This document shows positions 18,714 through 28,956 of a stretch of 64,000 nucleotides of DNA, piece after piece; the stretch's first letter is position 1, and every line of letters begins with the position of its first letter. The stretch spans positions 192,001-256,000 of the forward strand of contig JBDRBB010000010.1 in assembly GCA_043823065.1 (NCBI GenBank), given 5' to 3'. Position numbers and translations under genes: made by a program. The notes under the pieces are model-generated. The model saw nothing but the letters and a program-made list of their open reading frames with translations, ran no database searches and was not told where the DNA came from. This DNA is from Pseudomonadota bacterium (GTDB taxonomy: Bacteria > UBA10199 > 2-02-FULL-44-16 > DYJF01).

Positions 18714-20108
18714 TTACCACGTAGAATTCTGTGGATCTGTCACAATGTTGCCTACACTGATTGGCCGTGGTTGTGGTCTTGGAGGTCTATCTTGCCTTGG
18801 AGGCGGTGGAGGAGCTTCTTCCCTGGGAGGCGGCAAGGCAGCACGGGCACGTTCGTAACGTACTAGCAAGGCATAACCAATTGGCATGCGCGGTCCACCA
18901 TCACGTCCACCCCAGCTGATATCTCTTAAATATTCTTGTCTGCGCGTTTGGTTGCGAACAATCTCAGGAAAATCTTCTGGCAAGCTAAGAGGTGCCCAGG
19001 CGCTTGTTTGTGAATTATAGTTGCCCAGAGCATAAAGAATGCCTTGCCGAATTGCATCTATCACTTCTTGTCTACGTTCTGCAGGAATCTCTCTTCCGTC
19101 ACCAGGTTGGTAAGTTAAACGCCGCACTAGGTCATAAGCAGTTAGTAAACGTTCGGGAATGTTGTTTGGAATGTTATTGGCTGGGGCTATGGTTTGTAAC
19201 AACGAATTTAAATCAGCAGAATTCGTTTCACTCTGTCCATAAAGTGCATCAAACACCCCTACAGCCAAGGCAGTATTGGGAACATCCCAAGCATCAGGAT
19301 CTAACGCATAATCTTCTGATAATCCAAACTCTTCTCTTATTGGTGTAGTTAAAATAGTTGCAGGTTGAATAGCATTTCTAAATGCTTCAGCTTGAAATCT
19401 CGTTTGAGTGACTTCATTGTTAATATAGTTTCTTAAAAAGGACATGGTTCTATTAATTGCATAAAATTCAGCTGGTCCATGAGTTGAACTATCACCATTG
19501 ATCTGATCAATAAGTTCAGCAATTTCTGTTTGTTGATTATCAGGAATAGCGTTCAGAAAACTTTGCTCAACCATATCATAGCGCATAACATTATTATCAG
19601 CTCCCTGACAAAATTCAAATTCAGAGTCATAAGCAATATTGATGTTTCTTATAGCAGGAAAGACATCAGCATTATACCAAGCATAAGCATAGGCTTGAAA
19701 AGCAGCACTGTCTAAACCATGTAGTATAGTATCTTGCGGCCTACATTCACCAGACACCAAAGTATAGGAAGAAAGATTATTTGGGGCTGGAGTGAGTTCT
19801 GGGGTGGTGTGTTGTTCTTCACAAGTTATGTTGATGCTAGCTAAATCATCTGAAATTGATACCACAGGGTTTTGGTTCGCTTCACATGCTTCGATTGCAG
19901 TACGAGCACCGTTAATCACGGTTTGTAATTGCTGATGAGCTGCCCTAGCTTCTGTGTTTTGTCTTTCAAGCTCATCAACTTCATCGCTGTCGTCTGCCAG
20001 ATAATAAGTTATTGCAGTGGCGGCTCCACCAACAACAACTGCACCAACAGCACCAACAGCAAGGCCGATTAAAAGCATATGCAAAGGGGTTGCTAAAATT
20101 GCTAACAT
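18714..20108 (-). CDS. Orphan lysine-free membrane-anchored protein, paralog of 14974..16425
   Basis: 464 aa with 0 Lys; N-terminal hydrophobic helix; Pro-rich tail ending NIVTDPQNSTW; AAGGAG RBS. Confidence 0.75.
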   Translation of the reverse strand: MLAILATPLHMLLIGLAVGAVGAVVVGGAATAITYYLADDSDEVDELERQNTEARAAHQQLQTVINGARTAIEACEANQNPVVSISDDLASINITCEEQHTTPELTPAPNNLSSYTLVSGECRPQDTILHGLDSAAFQAYAYAWYNADVFPAIRNINIAYDSEFEFCQGADNNVMRYDMVEQSFLNAIPDNQQTEIAELIDQINGDSSTHGPAEFYAINRTMSFLRNYINNEVTQTRFQAEAFRNAIQPATILTTPIREEFGLSEDYALDPDAWDVPNTALAVGVFDALYGQSETNSADLNSLLQTIAPANNIPNNIPERLLTAYDLVRRLTYQPGDGREIPAERRQEVIDAIRQGILYALGNYNSQTSAWAPLSLPEDFPEIVRNQTRRQEYLRDISWGGRDGGPRMPIGYALLVRYERARAALPPPREEAPPPPPRQDRPPRPQPRPISVGNIVTDPQNSTW

Positions 20109-20134
20109 TTTTTTCTCCTTTAATTACATTATTA

Positions 20135-20161
20135 TTTTCGTCACATTTTGCAAAAAGTTGC
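20135..20161 (-). promoter_or_regulatory. Conserved promoter-like motif, copy 3
   Basis: GCAACTTTTTGCAAAATGTGACGAAAA, 26 nt upstream of ATG 20108. Confidence 0.7.
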
Positions 20162-20205
20162 GTGTTTTTTTAGTTTTATCAACCCCTTTTAAGGGTTTTT
20201 AATTG

Positions 20206-23200
20206 CTATTCTACTGATGTTAGCGAAAAAGCTTCATGTGAACCATCAGCATTTACTTCAACTATGGCCACTGCTCCTTCAGGAGGCCTAGCAGGTAAGC
20301 TAAAATAAGGCTCATTTTGTCCAAAAGGTTGGCTGGTTTCACCATTCATACCTATTACTGGAGCGTCTGCAGGTAAACCCAACCTATTTCTCATCATGTG
20401 AACATCGCTTACACTAGGTCTTGGAGATGACTCAAGAGACACTCGTCTAGCAGCGATTAATTCAGCCTCACTTGCTCCACCTGGGGTAAGAGGGCTGCCA
20501 GCTGCCATGGCAATTCTTTCTCTAGTTTCTGATTTTCTTACCATTGCATAAACAGGTGAATTTTGAGAAAACGCTTCCAAGGCATTGGCATAAGGATTGT
20601 TAAACTCTCTGGAAGGTCGGTTAGGTTGTAAAAAGAAAGCAAGTTCTGCAGATCGTGAATATTCACCTCTTAACTCCATAATGCGTCTCATGGTTTCCTG
20701 CAGCATCTCTGTTGTTGCAGCTTCATTTACTTCATCACACATAAAAACTAACCTAACATTACCTTCTCTTAGATGATCTCCATAGTATTCCATTACAGCG
20801 CGAAAGCTTGCTTCATTTGTTAATCCTCCTGAAATAAAGGCTACTTGTTCACCATCTGAGATATCTAGCTCCAATAAAGCTCCAACTTCGTTGATTCTAA
20901 TCTCCAAGCCTGGTTGTGCAATAGCTTCAGCTACTTCAGAGGTAACAAGAGGTCTTGTAAAGGTTCTTATACCGCCGCCTGGATCAGGGTGAGTTCTAGC
21001 GCTAAATTCTGCAATCATGTTTTCTATGTTACCAGCATCGATAGCTGGTTGAAGTGGCGATCTTCTAGGTGAAGCTTGGGGATTAGGCATCACTACTAAA
21101 CCTGGATTAGAATCTGAAGAAGCTGCACCTTCAGGTCTCAAGAAGTCACGCAACGGTCTGTAAGGTACGTCCGGTTGATTTAAATAATTCCAAAGTCCCT
21201 GGAAAAAACCTTCTTCTGTATGCGTAGGTGTTGATGGAGGCGCAGGTGGTGTTGGCGGTTGTTCATCAGCTAAAAAGTCTCCTAAAGGTCTGTAAGGAGA
21301 GGTCCAAGTAGGTCCATTAGGCTGGTTTAGGTAGCGCAAGAGACCTCTAATAAATGTGCCAATTCCTGTTGAAGCTGGCGCAGGTGGGACCAAAGGTGCT
21401 AGTTGAGGGCTTACCACAGGCGATGGTCCAGACAGTGGCGGTGTTGTTGGGGGAAGTGGCGGAGTTGCTAAAGGATTTGGTCTGGCTGGAACTGTTGGAT
21501 CTTCAACAAGCTCTAGATCGCTGTCACGAAGTGGTATAGTGCTATCCCTAGATGACTCTGGTGGCTCCTGAGAAACAGTACCGCCAAAAGGATCAGCTGC
21601 ATCATCTGCTATGATTTCAACGTTAGGATCATCAAGGTCTAATTCTACAGCGCTATCCCTAGGTTGTTCTGGTTCAGGGGCAACTACTGTTTTAGACTCG
21701 ACAAGGCTTGGATCAGTTACTCTATCTGATCTTGGTACAAAAAGTATTTGCTCAGCCCTATCAAAACCATTTGCATGAAGAACCGCCTCAGGTAACACTG
21801 CCTCTGGATTAAGAGGAATTTGGATAAAAGGAGCAGGAGGTTCAACCACAACAGTTGGTTCAGGTGCTTCTTCAACAGCTGGAACTTCTCTCCAGGTGAT
21901 ATCTATTTCAGGTCCATTTACTAAGAGTTGGTTTAATTCTCGAGCGTGATCCTCATCAATAGGTCGGTCAGTTCCCCTCTCAATTGCTCTGTTTTCCCTT
22001 TCTCTTACTGCTTCAGCAACAGCTCTGTTGTGTAAATGAATGGCGCGTCTCAAGATATTTTCAGATCTATTAGGAGCTTCAATTTGAGCTGCATGAATGA
22101 AATAATGACGATCCATGGTTGCTGTAACTAAAATTGAATCTGGTGGTATTGGAAGTTCACCATTACCTTCAACAACTCTAGATACGCGATAGTCTTCTCT
22201 ATCCAAAACTATTCTTATTATTGTTGTAGGGGTTCTAGCCTGTTGTAGAATCGTTAGAATACGATGGTGAGCAAATTCTAAAGAAACATCTAAACCTCTA
22301 TCAGAACTATCTGGAGTACTAACAGGTCCAGGACATCCTCTTCCTGGTTGCTCTGGAATTTGGATAAAAGGTTCAGCTACTGGTTGTATAGCTATTGGAA
22401 TTTCTGGTTCTGGGCTGGCTGCAGGTGGAGAAGGTGGTGGAGCAGGCGGTTGTATTGGCACTGGAGTTGGCCTGACTGGTGTGGGTATAACCCGCAATCC
22501 TGGACCGCGTGCGATAGTATTATTTAAGGCATGGGCAAGTTGCGAGCCGATAATATGTCTGCCTTGTCTGCCTTCATATTCTTCTAAAGCCCTTAATCTT
22601 CTGGCCTCAGCAATATTATGCTGCCCAGCAGTACGCCCAAGCATAGTGGAAATTCTGGCATCTAAAGGAGTGTTGGCTGGATAAGAAATTCTGATGCCAG
22701 TAATTAATATGCCAAGAATAGAGCTATCTTGTGGATCTCTTACCAATTGCATTTCTAGACTAACTGGAATGTCTCCTCTTACTCGCGGCTGCAGCGCAGG
22801 ATATAAACTAAATGAAGCAGGGCTGATAAAAGTTTGCAAACTTACGGTTGTTTCAGCATTAGGTGCCAGCGCTTCTATTTCAGTGCGCAAATCTTGATGG
22901 ACAAATTGAGCTGCATTGCGCTGTAATGCTCTTTTTAAACTTAGATGAATTGCAGGCAGGCTTGCTTCAATACCAGGTGGAATTTCCAATCGAGGCGCTA
23001 CTGGTTGCACAGGAGCAGCAGGTGCAGGTTCTGGAGCAGGTGCTAGGCTTGCTGCTTGGCGTGCCTGGGCTCGAGCTAGTTCATTATTTAAATCGATAAC
23101 TCTAGTAGTACATCTTGTAAGTTCTCCTTGGCGATCTCTGTCCTCTCTATTTTCATCAAAAGCTTCTCTTGCTCCATCAAGTTCTCTTTGGGCACTTGCT

Positions 23201-26200
23201 AGTTCTGCTTCAATTTCTGCAACAGTTCTTGGTTCTGCTTCTCTAAATCCAAACCATCCTAAAACTCGTCTAGCTCCTGCTGTTATTCTGTCACCAATAG
23301 TTGGAGCAGGAGTAGGTTGTAAAGGTTGCATCCAATAAGGTTGTAGAAAAGGATCAAAATCTGGCGCTGCAGGTTGCAGAGCTGGGGGCGGTGGCGGTGC
23401 AGGAGGCGTAGCTGGAGGTTGAACAGTCTGCTGAGCAAAAGCCAAAATTGGAATATCAACTATTACATAATGTCCGTCTTCATATACCTCAACCACTTGT
23501 AATTGGTCTGGAAGACAACCCATACAGTTGAAGTGATTAGCATCTGGTCCAAATGGAGCATAAACAGATGTTTCTCCTCTACCAGGTGTGTGGCCACCAA
23601 CACCTAGAGCATCATTTCTCAAGCCCAAGGCCTGTCTCATTAATCCTAGATCTGTTTCTTCGTAAACTGGTAAGCCTTCCTGTCTTTCATATCCTCTGGG
23701 AGAGGCCCAGCGCAAAACACCACCCAAATTCATGTTGAATAAATATCTAGGGTCACCTGCTGTATATCTAGCTCCAGTTAAGTGAGCCTGAGGTGCTCCA
23801 CCAGGAACTACTGGTGAATGCCCAGCCCAGGCAATTCCTTCACCTCTAGCATTGTGAACAGTTAGGAGTAAGGGAGAAGTTTCATAAAGTTCTTGCAAAG
23901 CTCTGACATAAGCTTCTCCACGTTGTGCTATTAAAGCATCCCTGAATACTACTCCTTGTCTAACACCATCTTTTATAAATGTTTCTTCTGCACCACCAGA
24001 AACTTCATCATGATTGCCTTGTAAAAAAATAAGACGGTTTGGATCTTCTGCTCTGGCTTGTATTATCAGATCCATAGCATCAACAGATGGATCTACTTCA
24101 GAAAGATTGCCCCAGGCTGGATGAGGAACATCACCTAGGGAAACTAATCTAACGCCAGCTTGGTCTTGATAACGTCGCAAGATAGAGCGAAAGTTTGGGT
24201 GATTACCATGGATATCACCGATAAGCACTACTCGTTCACCTGGTCTCAAATGAAGCTGGGCAATTGCACTTGGCTGGCCAGCAGCATGATGATTTCCAAT
24301 TTGATTTGCAACTTCTGCAGAAATAGCAGGTCTTCTAACTGGGCTGCTTGCATCTTCTACAGGAGTTCTTTGGCCTGCTACTACAGCACGGAGTTCAGCT
24401 AGTTGTGGTGATTCAGTATTTCCTGAACGACCACTTCCTCCTGGGTCACCCATAGATCCCATCATCAAGAAGAGTGGAGCTCGAATAAGTCTTCCAAACG
24501 TAGTTTGAGGGCTTGTGATATTGCCAAAAAACTCAGAAGCACCTGTAGTTAAGCGAGTCCAAAGACTTGGGGATTGGGCGCCTGAAAGTAGCATATCTGG
24601 TTCTTCAGGTCTTGCTTCGCTTGCTCTTCTCAAGCCTTCAACTGTTAATTCCCCTCTTAATAAAGCAGCCATTCTAGTAGTTATAGTTTCTAATCTGCCT
24701 ACACCTGCTTCATATGTTTCCTGGCTTATATGTTCACGTTCAAGAGCTTCATCAAATACACGTCTTAATTCACTTACTTCTCTTCTTAAGCCTTCTAGTT
24801 CTGCTTCTTGCTGCGCTCTTCTGGTAGGGACTGCTTCCCCTTGTTCGTTTATAGTTAATACATCAGTTTCTTCAATTTCTACAATTCTACTTACTCTACG
24901 CATTATTGATAAACGTAAACCCTCTATAGTTGGCGTATAGCGATTTTCAAAAATTTCTTGTTCAACAGCTTGGGCTTCTCTGATAGCAGCGCGCGAAGCT
25001 CCAGCATCTCTTAGTAGTCCTACATGTTCTCTGGCCAAGACAACCTGCTCGCGGCATAATTGCGTAAATTCTAAATATTCATCTACATTTAATTGTCTGG
25101 ATTGGCGGATACCATCTAAATGTGCCAAGCGGTTAGCAATATTGTAATCTCTGAGCTGACTGTATCTTAACCGAGAGAGATTATATTGGGCATCGCTAAC
25201 TAAACCCATGGAAACTAAGCGCCTGTCTGCTTCTAGGAGTTCGCCTTCTAATCTTACTCTTTCAACATTTAATTCATTAAATCTCGCAGCCTCTACTTCA
25301 CTTAAGCTGCGGCTTCTTGTCTCTCCTCTTAAGGTTCTTAACTCTATGCCAATTTCTTCTAATCTAAGCGAATTATTAGCTCTAAGAGTTCTGATGCTTC
25401 TGGGCATCATAGCGCTGGTAGAAGCGCTGATGATTGGGCGGGCCAACATATTGCCGCCCCTTAAGCCCACTAAGAACAAGGCATTGTGTCCCAACTGCCC
25501 GGCAATGTTTCTGCCTGTCCAGACACCGCTAACAGGGCGGTCATGGATATAATTTTCAAATGATTGTTCAGCTAGACCATAGCCAGTTAAGGCTACTGTT
25601 TCTGTGGCAAAGGCGCCGGTCCACAAAGCAGCTGCGCCAAATCTGGTGGTTGTAGCTGCTGTGCCCATAGCCATTCTTGCCACCTGGCCAAAACCCAGCA
25701 TTGCACCACGCAGCACACCAAACATGCCAAAAGCATAGACACTGTGCACTACAAACTCATCCCAGGTATAAAACCGGTCTGCGCCAGGCATGTCAGTAGC
25801 CATGCTTAAGCCGCGATGAGAAGCCACAAATGTTGGCGCCATAATAGCATTGCCAATAATAAATCTTGTAAAACTACCTAAAGCTGCCCGGCCACCTAAA
25901 CCAACAGCAGTTCCTGTGGCTGTGCTAGCAAAAGCACTGCCTACCAAAGATAATACTGCTGCTGAGGCAATGTGAGCTATGGCTCCAGAAGCCACTGTTA
26001 TGGCCACAGTCATAGCAGCTATTCTGGTATAATAACCAACTTGGGTATTTAATTGAATTTCACTTAAACTGTGATGATTTTGAATTCTAGTTAAAAAAGC
26101 CTGCCGATCTTCTACTCTTCTTAAACTTTCTGGTAGTTCATCAATACGTTCTAATAAACTTATAACCTGTACACATCTTCTAATATCAGCAGGTGTTTCA

Positions 26201-27984
26201 CAGCCTTCTAAGTTAACCATCCTGGCGCCCATACGCTGCAAAGCTTCAGTATAACGAGCATAGGCCTGAGGATTAGTTTCTCTTAATCCAACTAAAGTTT
26301 CTGGATTGTTTATAAGAGTTAATAATGTGGTGTCGCCTTGATGATTTAAAATTGTACGAAAGCCTTCTCCACCTCTGGGGCCATTCATACCAGCAAACAT
26401 GCGGGCCCGGCCAAAAGTCATAGGTAGGCCAGAGTCAAGGTTGGTCAGGGCTTCACCAAGCCTGGCATCAAAGGTGCGTGATAAACTGTCAAATGATTGT
26501 AAATCTCCTTCAATTGAACTTAAAACTGATCGAAAGCTAGGTGCTTCTAAACGAGAGCCAATTCTTTGGATTGTTTCATTAGCATAGTTTAGGGCCATTA
26601 AAGTATTTATATCAATCTCTTGGCTTTCAATTGCGCTAGCTAAGACTGCAAAGCTCTGTTCCAAGCTTGCTCTTTCTTGGCCTTGGGCCTCACTTAAAAA
26701 TTCTTCATTATTGAATCGGATTAATTGCAAGGCTGCACCTGCTAAGGGCAAGGTTGCTTGTTCTAATCTATCTAATTCACTATTGCCAAGCCTGCGGCCA
26801 TGAGCTACTTCAGAACGCGCAAAATTTAAGTCAGCAAAAATTCTGGCAATGTTTTCTATGATTGCATTGTTGTTGCTGTTTTGGGGAGCTAATTCATATT
26901 GTTCTAATAAATTATCTGCCCTTAAGATAACAAGCTCATCTCTTAGATCAGCTAAAGACTCTCTTAAAGTTGCTACATCAGCTGAACTGATTTCGCCTTC
27001 CTGATTTAATATTCTGTGTAAATTATCAAAAGAATTTTGCCAGGTACTTCTTTGAATATTAAAATCCATTAACCTTAAAACCGTGCGCGGGTTGCTTAGC
27101 AGCTCGTCGGCATTTTGAGCAATCTGGCGGTTGACACATCTGCTGGTAATGGTTTCTAAGTTTTGGGATAAAGATGCTTGTAGATTATCTAAGCTGGGAT
27201 GTGTTCTGATTGCTGATCTTTGGTTTTGGTAGGATCTCCATAAAGAATTGCGATCTGCAACAGTTACACCAATGTAGTTATCCAGTTGGCTGGCGATTAA
27301 CGTGTATTGTTGAATACCGGCAACTACTCTTTCTGCAGTATCTTGAAAATGTCTGGCTTGATCGGCATTCTCTGTTTCTAAAGAACGTCTTAATTGGGAA
27401 GCGGCAAATTCTAATTCCTGAGTAACTACGGTTCGCTGGGCATCAGTAAAGTTTTCGCTAGCAACTGCTTCGTTTACTCTATTTGCCTGAATATAAAAAC
27501 CAGCAATAATATCTATCTCATTGTTGATTTGATCTATTTGGTTTAGAACCTCTACTCTTCTTTGGGGTTCTAGTTGAGGATCAAGAGCTTGTTCGCTTAA
27601 GTTGCGCCAGCTATCTTCCAGATTTGTTAGCCTTTCACTGAAATAATTTAGTGAGGTTTCAGACAGAAAATCTGCATTATCCACCAACTCAATTATATGG
27701 TCTATCTCAGTAGTTCGTTGCTCCAGATGTCTGCTAAATTCGTTAAAATCCAATTCTTCAGGATCTCCCAATAATCGGGAAAGATCATAAGTGCCTTCTG
27801 GGCTGGCTAATAAGGCCATATTGGTTGGGGAAGGAGATAAGGGGGCGGATAAAGGGGAGATAAAAGGGTTTTCGCTGAAATCAGGCGCAACACCAGTTTC
27901 TAGCTGGGATTCTAAATCCTGCGTCCATTCATCCCAAAAATAATGGTCTGGGATTGAAAACCTTTGAAGAATTTCGTTTGACAT
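20206..27984 (-). CDS. Giant lysine-depleted multidomain protein with a calcineurin-like (PPP) metallophosphoesterase domain
   Basis: 2592 aa with 4 Lys. Motifs GDIHG, LGD, GNHD, GHS and GHT; central hydrophobic region; Pro-rich linkers; degenerate second phosphoesterase copy at the C-terminus. Confidence 0.8.
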   Translation of the reverse strand: MSNEILQRFSIPDHYFWDEWTQDLESQLETGVAPDFSENPFISPLSAPLSPSPTNMALLASPEGTYDLSRLLGDPEELDFNEFSRHLEQRTTEIDHIIELVDNADFLSETSLNYFSERLTNLEDSWRNLSEQALDPQLEPQRRVEVLNQIDQINNEIDIIAGFYIQANRVNEAVASENFTDAQRTVVTQELEFAASQLRRSLETENADQARHFQDTAERVVAGIQQYTLIASQLDNYIGVTVADRNSLWRSYQNQRSAIRTHPSLDNLQASLSQNLETITSRCVNRQIAQNADELLSNPRTVLRLMDFNIQRSTWQNSFDNLHRILNQEGEISSADVATLRESLADLRDELVILRADNLLEQYELAPQNSNNNAIIENIARIFADLNFARSEVAHGRRLGNSELDRLEQATLPLAGAALQLIRFNNEEFLSEAQGQERASLEQSFAVLASAIESQEIDINTLMALNYANETIQRIGSRLEAPSFRSVLSSIEGDLQSFDSLSRTFDARLGEALTNLDSGLPMTFGRARMFAGMNGPRGGEGFRTILNHQGDTTLLTLINNPETLVGLRETNPQAYARYTEALQRMGARMVNLEGCETPADIRRCVQVISLLERIDELPESLRRVEDRQAFLTRIQNHHSLSEIQLNTQVGYYTRIAAMTVAITVASGAIAHIASAAVLSLVGSAFASTATGTAVGLGGRAALGSFTRFIIGNAIMAPTFVASHRGLSMATDMPGADRFYTWDEFVVHSVYAFGMFGVLRGAMLGFGQVARMAMGTAATTTRFGAAALWTGAFATETVALTGYGLAEQSFENYIHDRPVSGVWTGRNIAGQLGHNALFLVGLRGGNMLARPIISASTSAMMPRSIRTLRANNSLRLEEIGIELRTLRGETRSRSLSEVEAARFNELNVERVRLEGELLEADRRLVSMGLVSDAQYNLSRLRYSQLRDYNIANRLAHLDGIRQSRQLNVDEYLEFTQLCREQVVLAREHVGLLRDAGASRAAIREAQAVEQEIFENRYTPTIEGLRLSIMRRVSRIVEIEETDVLTINEQGEAVPTRRAQQEAELEGLRREVSELRRVFDEALEREHISQETYEAGVGRLETITTRMAALLRGELTVEGLRRASEARPEEPDMLLSGAQSPSLWTRLTTGASEFFGNITSPQTTFGRLIRAPLFLMMGSMGDPGGSGRSGNTESPQLAELRAVVAGQRTPVEDASSPVRRPAISAEVANQIGNHHAAGQPSAIAQLHLRPGERVVLIGDIHGNHPNFRSILRRYQDQAGVRLVSLGDVPHPAWGNLSEVDPSVDAMDLIIQARAEDPNRLIFLQGNHDEVSGGAEETFIKDGVRQGVVFRDALIAQRGEAYVRALQELYETSPLLLTVHNARGEGIAWAGHSPVVPGGAPQAHLTGARYTAGDPRYLFNMNLGGVLRWASPRGYERQEGLPVYEETDLGLMRQALGLRNDALGVGGHTPGRGETSVYAPFGPDANHFNCMGCLPDQLQVVEVYEDGHYVIVDIPILAFAQQTVQPPATPPAPPPPPALQPAAPDFDPFLQPYWMQPLQPTPAPTIGDRITAGARRVLGWFGFREAEPRTVAEIEAELASAQRELDGAREAFDENREDRDRQGELTRCTTRVIDLNNELARAQARQAASLAPAPEPAPAAPVQPVAPRLEIPPGIEASLPAIHLSLKRALQRNAAQFVHQDLRTEIEALAPNAETTVSLQTFISPASFSLYPALQPRVRGDIPVSLEMQLVRDPQDSSILGILITGIRISYPANTPLDARISTMLGRTAGQHNIAEARRLRALEEYEGRQGRHIIGSQLAHALNNTIARGPGLRVIPTPVRPTPVPIQPPAPPPSPPAASPEPEIPIAIQPVAEPFIQIPEQPGRGCPGPVSTPDSSDRGLDVSLEFAHHRILTILQQARTPTTIIRIVLDREDYRVSRVVEGNGELPIPPDSILVTATMDRHYFIHAAQIEAPNRSENILRRAIHLHNRAVAEAVRERENRAIERGTDRPIDEDHARELNQLLVNGPEIDITWREVPAVEEAPEPTVVVEPPAPFIQIPLNPEAVLPEAVLHANGFDRAEQILFVPRSDRVTDPSLVESKTVVAPEPEQPRDSAVELDLDDPNVEIIADDAADPFGGTVSQEPPESSRDSTIPLRDSDLELVEDPTVPARPNPLATPPLPPTTPPLSGPSPVVSPQLAPLVPPAPASTGIGTFIRGLLRYLNQPNGPTWTSPYRPLGDFLADEQPPTPPAPPSTPTHTEEGFFQGLWNYLNQPDVPYRPLRDFLRPEGAASSDSNPGLVVMPNPQASPRRSPLQPAIDAGNIENMIAEFSARTHPDPGGGIRTFTRPLVTSEVAEAIAQPGLEIRINEVGALLELDISDGEQVAFISGGLTNEASFRAVMEYYGDHLREGNVRLVFMCDEVNEAATTEMLQETMRRIMELRGEYSRSAELAFFLQPNRPSREFNNPYANALEAFSQNSPVYAMVRKSETRERIAMAAGSPLTPGGASEAELIAARRVSLESSPRPSVSDVHMMRNRLGLPADAPVIGMNGETSQPFGQNEPYFSLPARPPEGAVAIVEVNADGSHEAFSLTSVE

Positions 27985-28021
27985 GGTTGAATATATTCAA
28001 ATTTATCTTGGTACATACATA

Positions 28022-28049
28022 TTATCGGTTATGTTAAGCAGAAAGTTGC
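28022..28049 (-). promoter_or_regulatory. Conserved promoter-like motif, copy 4
   Basis: GCAACTTTCTGCTTAACATAACCGATAA, 37 nt upstream of ATG 27984 (spacer one base longer). Confidence 0.7.
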
Positions 28050-28064
28050 TAAAAAAATTCTTTT

Positions 28065-28955
28065 GGGGACGTTTCCCCCCTAGCTAACTCCTTGAAATCA
28101 GAATTAAATAATAGCCGACTTGAAAAAGTTGCTTGAATTTCGTCAGCCATGTTCAAAATTGCTACAGTTAAAGAAATTTCCAAATTCTAACCAGGCAAAA
28201 TCTAACAACTTTATTTTGGCATTATACTTGCAATGTAAAAAATCATGGTTAGAGCAGCAAGAATTTTACCAACTTCAGCTATGCTACATATAATATGTAG
28301 AGGAAATAATGGAATGAGAGTATTTCATAATCGACAAGATTTTACCCATTTTTTAGGAACATTACAGCGTTTTACTGGTAAGTCACCACTATTTATCCAT
28401 AACTATGTGCTTATGCATACTCATTTTCATTTACTAGCTTGGGTTGAAGACACACAAAAAATGGCTAAAATTATGAAGTCAATGTTGTTATCTTATTATC
28501 ATTATTTTCGTAAACGTTATGCTTATTGCGGACATCTCTGGCGCGGTAGATTTAGAAGCATACATATTGAAAGCGAGGAACATTGGTTGCAATGCGGACG
28601 ATATATTGAGTTAAATCCTGTTTATGCGGGAATATGCAAAAAACCTGAGGAGTATAATTGGACTAGTTATCATTATTATGCTTATGGTAAAGAAAATATT
28701 TTACTAAGGCCGATTATGAAGATCAGTGGATTGAATACAAATGCAACCGGTCAAAATGGTCAGAAAAATAATCAAGATGTGAATGAAAGATATCAAGATT
28801 TTGTTTACGCAGGAATTAATTTAGAATATCAGATACAGAAAAAGAGATTTGAGAAAGGCAAATTTAATTCATTGTAGATATAGATATTTCAAAATTTCAA
28901 GTTGCCTTATATAAACTAATGATATTAAAGAGTTAGCGAGGGGGGAAACGTCCCC
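28065..28955 (+). mobile_element. 891-bp element: RAYT-like HUH transposase between imperfect inverted repeats of about 65 bp
   Basis: Left end GGGGACGTTTCCCCCCTAGCTAACTC...; right end reverse complement GGGGACGTTTCCCCCCTCGCTAACTC... Confidence 0.85.
28245..28877 (+). CDS. REP-associated tyrosine transposase (Y1_Tnp / RAYT-like)
   Basis: HIICRGNN, YVLMHTHFHLL (HUH), GHLWRGRF and RYIELNPVYAG...PEEYNWTSY. Confidence 0.9.
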   Translation: MVRAARILPTSAMLHIICRGNNGMRVFHNRQDFTHFLGTLQRFTGKSPLFIHNYVLMHTHFHLLAWVEDTQKMAKIMKSMLLSYYHYFRKRYAYCGHLWRGRFRSIHIESEEHWLQCGRYIELNPVYAGICKKPEEYNWTSYHYYAYGKENILLRPIMKISGLNTNATGQNGQKNNQDVNERYQDFVYAGINLEYQIQKKRFEKGKFNSL

Positions 28956-28956
28956 A

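Noticed and set aside
28124..28132. Sixth copy of the promoter motif (AAAAGTTGC)
   Set aside because: No CGAWAA box at the required spacing, and it lies within the transposase element end.
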